Shown here: positions 26,692 through 35,035 of the stretch, in pieces
Layout: every line of letters starts with the position of its first letter
Position numbering within the stretch: position 1 is the stretch's first letter
NCBI GenBank assembly: GCA_021108375.1
Contig: JAIORA010000019.1
Span: forward strand, 5,660 to 69,659
Direction: 5' to 3'
Source of the DNA: Anaerohalosphaeraceae bacterium
GTDB taxonomy: Bacteria; Planctomycetota; Phycisphaerae; Sedimentisphaerales; UBA12454
DNA length: 64,000 nt
Position numbers and translations under genes: made by a program
Notes under the pieces: generated by a model
Databases searched by the model: none
Told to the model about the DNA's origin: nothing
What the model saw: only the letters and a program-made list of their open reading frames with translations

Positions 26692-27135
26692 TTGATAGGT
26701 AACGCGGGACAAATGGATTTGTCGTTTCTTGCCAAGGACAACCTTGACGAGATTCTCATCAAGGTTGTTGAATTCACTCGTGCCAGGCACGAAGTCATCT
26801 CCGATAATATCAAAAGCTGTAATCTCCCCGACTTTACGCCGAGACGTCTTGATGCCGAAGAGTTCGCTCTCCTCATATCAGCGGCTCTGGCTGAACACGT
26901 CAAAAACAGCCGTTTGGTTCTCTGTGATGGCCAGAGCGTAAGGTTCGGCATAGGGGGCGAGCTTACCATAGAGCCTAAAATCGATACAGAAGCAGCGTTA
27001 CTGCGAAGAGATGATTGCGACAGTTATATCCATCTCCAGAAAAAAAGACTTAGAGAAAATATCGCCAACAACAAACTGGCTGTCGCTCTGTATGAGCAAA
27101 AAGCTCAAAAGACCGCTCGAGTGGAAAACCACTAA
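26692..27135 (+). CDS. hypothetical protein with weak resemblance to flagellar rod protein FlgB
   Basis: 147 aa. TRARHEVISDNIKSCNLPDFTPRRLD loosely follows the FlgB N-terminal pattern R..VI..NIAN.DTPGYK..D. It sits next to flhG and fliA. The TTG start is 6-7 nt after AAGGAAAG. Confidence 0.3.
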   Translation: MIGNAGQMDLSFLAKDNLDEILIKVVEFTRARHEVISDNIKSCNLPDFTPRRLDAEEFALLISAALAEHVKNSRLVLCDGQSVRFGIGGELTIEPKIDTEAALLRRDDCDSYIHLQKKRLRENIANNKLAVALYEQKAQKTARVENH

Positions 27136-27157
27136 TGACAAAGGAGAGAAGTTAAAT

Positions 27158-28012
27158 ATGGACAGAGTCGAGACCGAAGCTAACATTGAGAAACTCGCTA
27201 AGATGGCGGCCGACAAAAAAAGTTCAGCAACTGTTATTACCATAGCAAGCGGTAAAGGCGGAGTAGGCAAAACCAATATCTCCGCAAATCTTGCCATTTG
27301 TCTTTCAGCTATGGGCAAAAAGGTAGTGGTCTTTGACGCTGACATAGGGCTTGCCAATCTTGATGTCATTATGGGTGTCAATGCCAAATACAATCTCTCG
27401 CATTTTCTTAAAGGCCGTCGCAGTCTCGACGAGGTCTGTACTTCGACAGCTTCGGGAGTTGATGTAATTTGCGGCATCGCCGGAGTTGACGGCATTGCGG
27501 AAATGGACGAATTCAAAAGGCAAAGGCTGATGGGCGAGCTGGATATCCTTGCCGGGAATTATGATGTGATAATAGTTGATACCGCCGCCGGTATTGGAAA
27601 AACGGTTATGGCTTTTTGCCAGGCCGCCGACCACACTCTGCTTGTTACAACGCCGGAGCCGACAGCGATAACCGATGTTTATATCCTTATTAAAGCGATG
27701 ACAGCCAGGGGTTATCAAGGCAGAACCAGCCTGCTTGTCAATATGGCCGATTCCGCCGACGAGGGCAGAAAAGTTTACCGCCAGATAGCCGCTGCTGCTG
27801 AGCAGTTCCTTAATGTTCATTTGAATAATGCCGGAATTTTAACAAGAGACAGCCACGTCGGTGCCGCAGTTCGCAAGAGAGAGCCGCTGGTGCTTGCTTA
27901 TCCGAAATGCTCCGCGACGCAGTCGCTTTTGACGGTAGCGGCCAGACTGAGCAAGACTCCGGTAGCCCGGGACGAAGGCTTTTTCAGAAAAGTTGTTAAC
28001 TGGTTCTTCTGA
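27158..28012 (+). CDS. flhG: MinD/ParA-family ATPase FlhG (YlxH/FleN-like)
   Basis: Deviant Walker A IASGKGGVGKTNISANLA, followed by DADIGLANLDV. The ATG at 27158 is preceded by AAGGAGAG. It lies immediately upstream of fliA. Confidence 0.8.
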   Translation: MDRVETEANIEKLAKMAADKKSSATVITIASGKGGVGKTNISANLAICLSAMGKKVVVFDADIGLANLDVIMGVNAKYNLSHFLKGRRSLDEVCTSTASGVDVICGIAGVDGIAEMDEFKRQRLMGELDILAGNYDVIIVDTAAGIGKTVMAFCQAADHTLLVTTPEPTAITDVYILIKAMTARGYQGRTSLLVNMADSADEGRKVYRQIAAAAEQFLNVHLNNAGILTRDSHVGAAVRKREPLVLAYPKCSATQSLLTVAARLSKTPVARDEGFFRKVVNWFF

Positions 28013-28364
28013 AGCACAAAAAATTAAGGGTAGCTCTAATAATTGCTTTTGAGCGACAAGTAGAAAATTTTTGTTATCCGGCAAGGAAGACAAATCAGCT
28101 TGAGCCGTAGTTCAAGCGGCTTTTGTCTAACGCAGTCCGGTAGCAAAAAGGTTTGCTTGTTTGCCAAAATGAATTTTTAGAGGTTCCCTTAAGGGTTTCC
28201 TTAATTTGCTTAAATCAGTTTGGCAAAAGGGTCGATAATACTTATAAGACGTTAAAGTTGTTACAACCCGTACAGATAGATTTTATTTCACAGCATAGGA
28301 ACAGGGTCTTTGGACTTATCGGACGTAAGTTCGTAAATGACGTAAATCCGGAGGAATTTTAAAG

Positions 28365-29162
28365 ATGGTAGTAATGCAAAAAAAGAATGCGGAAAAGAAT
28401 GCAATTGAGGCGAAGATATGGGGCGAGTTTTTTGCCGACCGCAACGACCATACTCGCAATCAGCTGATGGAGCATTATCTGCAAATCGTTAAATATACCG
28501 CGGAGCGCATTTATTTGAAGTTGCCGGACAAGGTGGAGGTTGATGACCTTATTAGTGCGGGCATTTTTGGTTTGATGGATGCTATAAACGCTTACGACCC
28601 TGAGCGGGGCGTTAAATTTGCCACTTATTGTACGCCGAGAATTCGGGGAGCGATTCTTGATGAGCTTCGGAGTATGGATTGGGTGCCGAGATTGGTGCGG
28701 TCCCGTGCTCATCAGCTTTCCAGAGCGACTCGAACTCTTGAAGCGCATCTCGGCAGATTGCCGAATGATAAGGAAATCGCGAAAGAGTTGAACCTCGAAA
28801 TGGGCGATTTTCAACGACTTCAGCGGGATGCAACTGCCAAGGGTATCGTATCGCTGAATGCTACTCTTGACAGTGATGGCGATAAAGATGTTAGAGAGAT
28901 GGATATTATTCAGGATGTCAAAAGTGCAGACCCGATGATAGAGGCACAAAAGCGCGACCTTAAAGGCTTGCTGACAAAAGGCTTGACTCGTGCGGAGCGA
29001 TTGATATTGGTTTTGTATTATTATGAAGAGATGACGATGAAGGAGATTGGCTTGACTTTGGATTTATCGGAGTCGAGGGTATCGCAGATGCATTCATCGA
29101 TAGTTGCGAGGTTGAAGGCACAGATGGATTCCCGCAAAAAGGAATTTGCTGTACAGGAATAG
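28365..29162 (+). CDS. fliA: FliA/WhiG family RNA polymerase sigma factor (sigma-28)
   Basis: 265 aa. Region 2 is DLISAGIFGLMDAINAYDPERGVKFATYCTPRIRGAILDELR, and region 4 is LTRAERLILVLYYYEEMTMKEIGLTLDLSESRVSQMH. Confidence 0.9.
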   Translation: MVVMQKKNAEKNAIEAKIWGEFFADRNDHTRNQLMEHYLQIVKYTAERIYLKLPDKVEVDDLISAGIFGLMDAINAYDPERGVKFATYCTPRIRGAILDELRSMDWVPRLVRSRAHQLSRATRTLEAHLGRLPNDKEIAKELNLEMGDFQRLQRDATAKGIVSLNATLDSDGDKDVREMDIIQDVKSADPMIEAQKRDLKGLLTKGLTRAERLILVLYYYEEMTMKEIGLTLDLSESRVSQMHSSIVARLKAQMDSRKKEFAVQE

Positions 29163-29735
29163 TAAGTAGTGTATTGTCATTCCCACCGCCATTAGCCCGT
29201 AGAGTCTGCCCTGAGCGAAGCCGAATGGGTCTTGCCCTGCGGGTATCTGTATATTTTTCTATCCCGCTCGCACAGGACTTTGTCATTCCCACCGCCATTA
29301 GCCCGTAGGTCTTGCCCTGCGGGTATCTGCATATTTTTCTATTCCGCTCGCACAGGACTTTGTCATTTCGACCAACGTGGAGAAATCTAAGTTAGCCCCA
29401 CATTTGTAAATGTGGGGTTGCAGTTTGCTTTGCTTTTTTACTTTTTAATCTGCGTCATCAGCGAAATCAGCGTCTAAAAATAAAATAAAAAATCAGTGCA
29501 ATCCGCGGTTAAATAATTTGTATCCATTCGTGGCTATTTTTTTTTGTCATACCCGCGCAGGCGGGTATCCATTTTTTTGTATCTTGTTTTTTAATCTGTG
29601 CTCTCTGTGTTCTCTGTGACTAAAAAAATCTGTGTTTATCAGTGTTCATCTGTGGCTAATCTTTTTAAAAAAGTCATTGCTGAAAGGCGATTCCTCAACT
29701 CAAAACTAAGGACTCAAAACTCAAAACTATTCGCC
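29163..29735 (+). repeat. mosaic intergenic repeat zone 7a (forward)
   Basis: Two tandem tgtcattcccaccgccattagcccgta...ctgcgggtatctg.atatttttctat.ccgctcgcacaggact units, then the tgtcatttcgaccaacgtggagaaatc/ccccacatttgtaaatgtgggg unit, AATCNGYG iterations, the tgtcatacccgcgcaggcgggtatcc hairpin and a ttcctcaactcaaaac module. Confidence 0.9.
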
Positions 29736-29780
29736 TTCGGCGAATTACCCGAATTGTTTAGTCTTGAATTTTTTGGCCAA

Positions 29781-29880
29781 AAAGGCCTCAAAAACGGCAA
29801 AAAACCGACCAAAAACGGTAAAAAAGTGAGCAAAAACGTTCAAAAAATGCAAAAAAGTTCAAAAAAACTCAAATTTTTGC
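29781..29880 (+). other. array of nine helically phased A5-A7 tracts (predicted intrinsically curved DNA)
   Basis: A-tracts begin at 29790, 29799, 29811, 29820, 29832, 29842, 29851, 29861 and 29871. Spacings are 9-12 nt with a mean of about 10. Confidence 0.7.
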
Positions 29881-30069
29881 CGTTTTTCTATGGTTCAACA
29901 ATGTCCTGAATGGGTTTTTAGTCTAAAAACGCAACTGTAATTTCCGGCTCAATAATATACTGAATGGGTTTTAAGCCTAAAAACGCCGTTTTTGTCCCAC
30001 TTCTCTCAACGTAAAATAAGGAGTTATGTATAAAACGCGCAGCGTAAAATAAGGACTTACAAACATTTT

Positions 30070-30230
30070 TTACTTCAAAAAATCGGCGTCATCCGCGAAA
30101 TCCGCGGTTAAAATAATCTGTGTTTATCAGTGTCCATCTGTGGCTAATTTTTTTTTAAAAAGTCATCGCCGAGAGGTGATTCCTCAACTCAAAACTAAAG
30201 ACTCAGAACTCAAAACTATATTGATTTTTG
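30070..30230 (+). repeat. repeat zone 7b (forward): AATCNGYG iterations + ttcctcaactcaaaac module
   Basis: catccgcgaaatccgcggttaaaataatctgtgtttatcagtgtccatctgtggcta ... cgccgagaggtgattcctcaactcaaaactaaagactcagaactcaaaacta. Confidence 0.85.
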
Positions 30231-30259
30231 CTCTATCTTCATTTATACTCCCGTAATTA
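30231..30259 (+). promoter_or_regulatory. sigma-70-like promoter for dapF, abutting the end of a repeat module
   Basis: TTGATT, a 17-nt spacer, then TATACT, about 28 nt upstream of the dapF ATG. A related but degenerate copy of the segment (ttgaattgctctatcttt) follows the same module at ~15530. Confidence 0.5.
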
Positions 30260-30286
30260 GGCAATACTGAATAATTTGAGGTTGTT

Positions 30287-31189
30287 ATGCGATTTACAAA
30301 GATGCACGGACTCGGCAATGACTACGTTTATGTCAATTGCATTGGGGAAAAAGACGAAAAAGGCGAAAACGTTGAAAATCCGGCCCAAATCGCTTGTTTA
30401 GTAAGCGACAGGCATACCGGCATAGGTGCTGATGGACTTATTCTGATTTGCCCGTCCGAGGTGGCAGACGTAAAAATGAGGATGTTCAACGCTGACGGCT
30501 CCGAAGCGCAGATGTGCGGCAACGGGATTCGTTGCGTAGCTAAATATGTCTATGACCACGAGTTAGCGGTAGCTGGTGATGGTTTTGCTGTGCCGGGACA
30601 AGGCTCGTTTGAAGCATCTTTGGAAATTGAGACCGGCAGAGGGGTTCTAAGGCTCGGCCTTGCAATCGGTGATGATGGCAAAGTCGAAAAGGTCTGTGTC
30701 AATATGGGCCAGCCGATACTTGTTCCGGCAGAGATTCCGGTGCGTCTAAATGGCGATAGCGTGGTAGAAATGGCGATTGACGTGCAGAATCAGCGAATGC
30801 TGATGACCTGTGTCTCAATGGGCAACCCGCACGCGGTGTTCTTCTACGAAGATTTGGATTCGCTCGAACTGGAGAAAATCGGCCCGATAGTTGAAAACCA
30901 CGAGCTGTTTTCCGAAAGAATCAATGTTCATTTGGTCAAGGTCGATTCAGCGGGTGAATTTACAATGCAGACCTGGGAACGCGGTAGCGGAATTACATTA
31001 GCCTGCGGAACAGGTGCCTGCGCGTGCTGCGTGGCGGCAGTATTGACAGGCAGATGCCAAAGAATCGTTAAAGCTAATCTGCCCGGCGGAGTTCTTGAGC
31101 TTAACTGGTCAGAAGTCGATAACTGCGTTTATATGACCGGCCCGGCAGTAGAAGTCTTCAGCGGAGTCTGGAACATTTTTAGTTCTTAG
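30287..31189 (+). CDS. dapF: diaminopimelate epimerase
   Basis: MHGLGNDYVYV, NADGSEAQMCGNGIRC, SMGNPH and ERGSGITLACGTGACA, including both catalytic Cys motifs. Confidence 0.95.
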   Translation: MRFTKMHGLGNDYVYVNCIGEKDEKGENVENPAQIACLVSDRHTGIGADGLILICPSEVADVKMRMFNADGSEAQMCGNGIRCVAKYVYDHELAVAGDGFAVPGQGSFEASLEIETGRGVLRLGLAIGDDGKVEKVCVNMGQPILVPAEIPVRLNGDSVVEMAIDVQNQRMLMTCVSMGNPHAVFFYEDLDSLELEKIGPIVENHELFSERINVHLVKVDSAGEFTMQTWERGSGITLACGTGACACCVAAVLTGRCQRIVKANLPGGVLELNWSEVDNCVYMTGPAVEVFSGVWNIFSS

Positions 31190-31482
31190 TTTTGAGTCTT
31201 TAGTTTTGAGTTGAGGAGTCGGCCTAACGGCCGAAGTGATTTTATTTTTTTAGACACTGATTTCACAGACTTGTCCTGAACGCAGTCGAAGGATTGCACT
31301 GATTAAAAAACAAAATACAGAAAAATGGATACCCGCTTTCGCGGGTATGACAAAGATGAGATTGCCGCGCTGCGCTCGCAATGACAAGGTTGGTGTGGAT
31401 GCGAAAAACTATTCGTAAAACAACCCTGCCATAGTGATGCCAGGGCTAAATATTCCGGCGACTTACGTCGCTCGGCTTCTAA
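31185..31482 (-). repeat. mosaic intergenic repeat zone 8 (reverse-complement orientation)
   Basis: tagttcttagttttgagtctttagttttgagttgaggagtcggcctaacggccg, ggatacccgctttcgcgggtatgaca, gattgccgcgctgcgctcgcaatgaca and ccctgccatagtgatgccagggctaaa. All are reverse complements of the modules seen left of 30.2 kb. Confidence 0.9.
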
Positions 31483-31500
31483 ATGGTGGTGTGGGCAGCG

Positions 31501-33489
31501 ATGGCGAAATTCAAAATTGTAAGTCAATTTGCACCGAAAGGCGACCAGCCTAAAGCGATAGCTCAGCTTGTCGGCAATCTCAAAAACAACAAACGCTTTC
31601 AGGTGCTCTACGGGGTTACAGGCAGCGGTAAAACATTCACTATGGCAAATCTTATACAGCAGGCCGGGAAAAAGGCGCTGGTCATAAGTCATAACAAAAC
31701 ATTAGCAGCGCAGCTCTATGAAGAATTCAAAGAGCTTTTTCCAAACAACGCTGTCGAGTACTTTGTAAGCTATTACGATTACTATCAGCCTGAAGCGTAT
31801 ATTCCGCAGCGCGACATATATATCGAAAAAGATGCCAGCAGAAACGATGAACTCGACAGGCTGCGTTTAGCAACTACGGCGAGTTTGATGAGCAGGGACG
31901 ATGTGATTGTGGTTGCATCGGTCTCGTGCATATTCGGCTTAGGCTCGCCTGAAGATTATAAGGCAAGCGTTGTTGAGGTGAAGTGCGGCGACAGCATTGA
32001 ACGCAACGAGCTGTTAGGCAGGTTAGCTGATATTCAGTATTCAAGAAACGATGTGGATTTTCAGCGGGGTACTTTTCGGGTTCGCGGGGACATCGTTGAG
32101 TTGTGGCCCAGCTATGAATCTTTCGCGGTTAGAATCGGATTCTTTGGCGAGACAATCGAGGAGATAAATTATATCAATCCGACCAGTGGTGAGGTGCTTG
32201 CCAGTGAAGAAAGGCTGTTCGTTTACCCGGCGGGTCATTACGTTATGCCGGCAGAGAGAATTGAGTTTGCGATAGGCGGGATAAAGGCTGAGCTTGATGG
32301 CCAGCTTCTGAATTTGCGGCAGCACGGCAAGCTGTTAGAGGCTCAGAGGCTTCAGGCGAGGACGATGTACGATATTGAGATGCTCAAAGAGGTTGGGTTT
32401 TGCAGCGGGATAGAAAATTATTCAAGGCATCTTAGCGGGTTAGGGGCAGGGGCGAGGCCTTATACCCTGATGGATTATTTTGGCGATGATTTTTTGATGT
32501 TTATTGACGAATCGCACGTTACGATTCCGCAAATACGGGCGATGTACGCAGGGGATAAGAGCAGGAAGAGTGTTCTCATTGAGCACGGCTTCAGATTGCC
32601 GAGCGCATTAGATAACCGGCCATTACAGTTTGATGAGTTTGAAGACAGCTTTAAGAACGTTGTGTTCGTCTCGGCTACGCCGGCAGATTTTGAGCTTGAA
32701 AAGAGCGATGGCTGCGTTGTTGAGCAGATTGTTCGGCCAACCGGTTTGCTTGACCCTGAAATTTTTGTTCATCCGGCAAGCAATCAGGTGCCGCATCTGA
32801 TGGAAGAAATTAAGAAACAGGTCAAGGCAAAAGAGAGGGTGCTTGTTACGACTTTGACGAAGAGGCTGGCAGAAGATCTTTCAGCGTATATAGCTAAGAA
32901 GGGGTACAAATGTAAATATCTGCACAGCGAGATTAAGACCCTTGAGAGAATCGACATTCTCAGGGATTTGCGGCTGGGTGAATTTGATGTGCTTGTCGGA
33001 ATAAATCTGCTCAGGGAAGGGCTTGACCTGCCAGAAGTTTCGCTGGTTGCGATTCTTGATGCCGACAAGGAAGGGTTCCTGCGCAGCGAGACGGCGCTGA
33101 TTCAAACGATAGGCAGGACTGCCAGGAATGTTAACGCCAAAGTGTTTATGTATGGCGATAAGGTTACGAAGTCAATGCAAAAAGCGATTGACGAAACTCT
33201 CAGACGGCGTAAAATACAGGCACAGTATAATCAAGAGCATAATATAACGCCTGAAACGATTAAGAAAGAGGTTTACAGGACACTGCAGGAAAAGGTTAAG
33301 GCGAAACAGGTTGCGCGCGAGGCGATAAAGCTGAGCCAGAGCGAGTACGACAGGACAGAAATCGCATCGGAAATCGAAAAGGATATGCTGGCAGCGGCAG
33401 AGAATCTTGATTTTGAAAGGGCGGCGTTCCTGCGGGATAAACTGAAAGAACTTCGGGAACTGCCAGAAATACGAGAGGCTGAAATTTAG
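31501..33489 (+). CDS. uvrB: excinuclease ABC subunit B
   Basis: FKIVSQFAPKGDQPKAI, Walker A GVTGSGKTFT, DESHVTIPQ, helicase motifs and the C-terminal UVR domain (FERAAFLRDKLKEL). The ATG at 31501 is preferred over the track start at 31483. Confidence 0.95.
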   Translation: MAKFKIVSQFAPKGDQPKAIAQLVGNLKNNKRFQVLYGVTGSGKTFTMANLIQQAGKKALVISHNKTLAAQLYEEFKELFPNNAVEYFVSYYDYYQPEAYIPQRDIYIEKDASRNDELDRLRLATTASLMSRDDVIVVASVSCIFGLGSPEDYKASVVEVKCGDSIERNELLGRLADIQYSRNDVDFQRGTFRVRGDIVELWPSYESFAVRIGFFGETIEEINYINPTSGEVLASEERLFVYPAGHYVMPAERIEFAIGGIKAELDGQLLNLRQHGKLLEAQRLQARTMYDIEMLKEVGFCSGIENYSRHLSGLGAGARPYTLMDYFGDDFLMFIDESHVTIPQIRAMYAGDKSRKSVLIEHGFRLPSALDNRPLQFDEFEDSFKNVVFVSATPADFELEKSDGCVVEQIVRPTGLLDPEIFVHPASNQVPHLMEEIKKQVKAKERVLVTTLTKRLAEDLSAYIAKKGYKCKYLHSEIKTLERIDILRDLRLGEFDVLVGINLLREGLDLPEVSLVAILDADKEGFLRSETALIQTIGRTARNVNAKVFMYGDKVTKSMQKAIDETLRRRKIQAQYNQEHNITPETIKKEVYRTLQEKVKAKQVAREAIKLSQSEYDRTEIASEIEKDMLAAAENLDFERAAFLRDKLKELRELPEIREAEI

Positions 33490-33975
33490 CCACAAAGGCA
33501 CAAAAATTTTAGCCACAGATGGACACTGATTAACACGGATTTTTACGAATTATTTTAACCGCGGATTTCGCTGATTACGCGGATTTTAAAAAAGTAAAAA
33601 GATAAAAAATGGATACCCGCTTTCGCGGGTATGACAAAGATGAGATTGCCGCGCTGCGCTCGCAATGACAAGGTCGGTGTGGATGCGAAAAACTATTCGT
33701 AAAACAACCCCGTCATAGTAATGGCAGGGCTAAATGTTCCGGCGACTTACGTCGCTCGGCTTCTATGCAATGGGAAAAGGGTAAAAAATACGAAAGCACG
33801 AACCCTGCCATAGTGATGGCAGGGCTAATCAGCGATGGGAATGGGATAGATAGTATGCAGCAACCCCCAGGACAAGACCTGGGGGCTAAATGGTGATGCG
33901 GACGGGATAATCAATATATAGATACCCGCAGGGCAAGACCCATTCGGCTTCGCTCAGGGCAGGCTCTGCGGGCTA
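33490..33975 (-). repeat. mosaic intergenic repeat zone 9 (reverse orientation)
   Basis: agccacagatggacactgattaacacggat..., ggatacccgctttcgcgggtatgaca, gattgccgcgctgcgctcgcaatgaca and four GGCTAA-terminated hairpins (…ggcagggctaa, …cctgggggctaa, …ctctgcgggctaa). Confidence 0.9.
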
Positions 33976-34004
33976 AAAACAAAAAATATAAAAGAAAGAT
34001 TGCT

Positions 34005-34877
34005 ATGAAAAAATTGGATATGAAAAAAGTCAGTACTCTGATAGGTCTTGCGATCGAAGAAGATTACGGCAAAGGAGACCCGACCTCCGATATAATGGTG
34101 CCGGCAGAGGCGAAGGGCAAAGCTTATATTATCTCTCGTGAAGAAATTGTCGTTTCAGGTATGGAACTAATCGCTGAAGTTCTCGAACGCTATGACCAGC
34201 GGTTAAAACTTCGTGTTTATAAGCAGGATGGGCAGAGGGCAAATGTGGCTGATAAGCTCGCAACAATCGAAGGGCCTATCAGGCAAATGCTCGGTGCTGA
34301 AAGAGTTGTGCTGAACTTTTTGCAGAGGCTCTGCGGAATTGCAACAGTCACAAATAAATATGTTCACGCGATACGCGGGACGAAATCGAAAATATATGAT
34401 ACGAGAAAGACTCTGCCGGGCTGGCGAGAGCTTGAGAAATATGCTGTCAGGTGCGGTAAGGGATATAACCATCGTTATAATCTCAGTGATGCGGTTATGT
34501 TTAAGGATAATCATATAGCTCAGCTCGGCAAAAGGCTCGATACGAAACTCGCTAAGTTGATAGAAAAGGCCAGGAACACAAAGGGCGTTAAATTTGTGTG
34601 TGTGGAAATTGACCACGTCGATAACCAGCTCAATCACGTTTTGAAAGTGCCCGGCGTAGATGTTGTGCTGTTAGATAATATGGGCCAATGGCAGTGCAGG
34701 CACGCGGTGGAAATGCGGAACGAGATGTGTGGTAAAAAGCCGTTGCTGGAAGCCAGCGGTGGGATAACCCTTAATAATGTCAGGCAGATAGCCCTTTGCG
34801 GGGTTGATAGGATATCGATAGGAGCGATTACGCACAGCGCGGTCGCTGTCGATATCGGGCTGGATAGAGGTTTTTAG
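34005..34877 (+). CDS. nadC: nicotinate-nucleotide pyrophosphorylase (carboxylating)
   Basis: 290 aa. GDPTSD, AERVVLNFLQRLCGIAT, TRKTLPG.R.LEKYAV.CGG..NHR and SGGI. Confidence 0.9.
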   Translation: MKKLDMKKVSTLIGLAIEEDYGKGDPTSDIMVPAEAKGKAYIISREEIVVSGMELIAEVLERYDQRLKLRVYKQDGQRANVADKLATIEGPIRQMLGAERVVLNFLQRLCGIATVTNKYVHAIRGTKSKIYDTRKTLPGWRELEKYAVRCGKGYNHRYNLSDAVMFKDNHIAQLGKRLDTKLAKLIEKARNTKGVKFVCVEIDHVDNQLNHVLKVPGVDVVLLDNMGQWQCRHAVEMRNEMCGKKPLLEASGGITLNNVRQIALCGVDRISIGAITHSAVAVDIGLDRGF

Positions 34878-35035
34878 ATAAAAGTAAAAAAACAGACACG
34901 GATTTACACGGATTATTTAAACACTGATTACGCAGATTGCACTGATTAAAAAAGTGAAAAGATAAAAGCAAACTGCAACCCCACATTTGTAAATGTGGGG
35001 CTAACTTAACTACAACCCCCTGCAGTGCAGGGGGC
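34878..35035 (-). repeat. repeat zone 10 (reverse orientation)
   Basis: cacggatttacacggatt...cactgattacgcagattgcactgatt iterations, then caaccccacatttgtaaatgtggggctaa and caaccccctgcagtgcagggggctaa hairpins. Confidence 0.9.

Noticed and set aside
25388-30286. Chromosomal replication origin. The suggestive features are divergent genes at 25.4-26.3 kb, two very long non-coding gaps, A-tract curvature, direct repeats and the repeat polarity switch nearby.
   Set aside because: I found no cluster of good DnaA boxes (TTATCCACA). Only 7/9 matches occur, embedded in repeat modules (gtatccacg, tgtggatgc). No dnaA, dnaN or parAB genes are present. Gene orientation in the window switches five times, so it gives no clean replichore signal, and the polarity flip lies on the other side of dapF from the unique island. 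It is kept only as a low-probability explanation inside the polarity finding.
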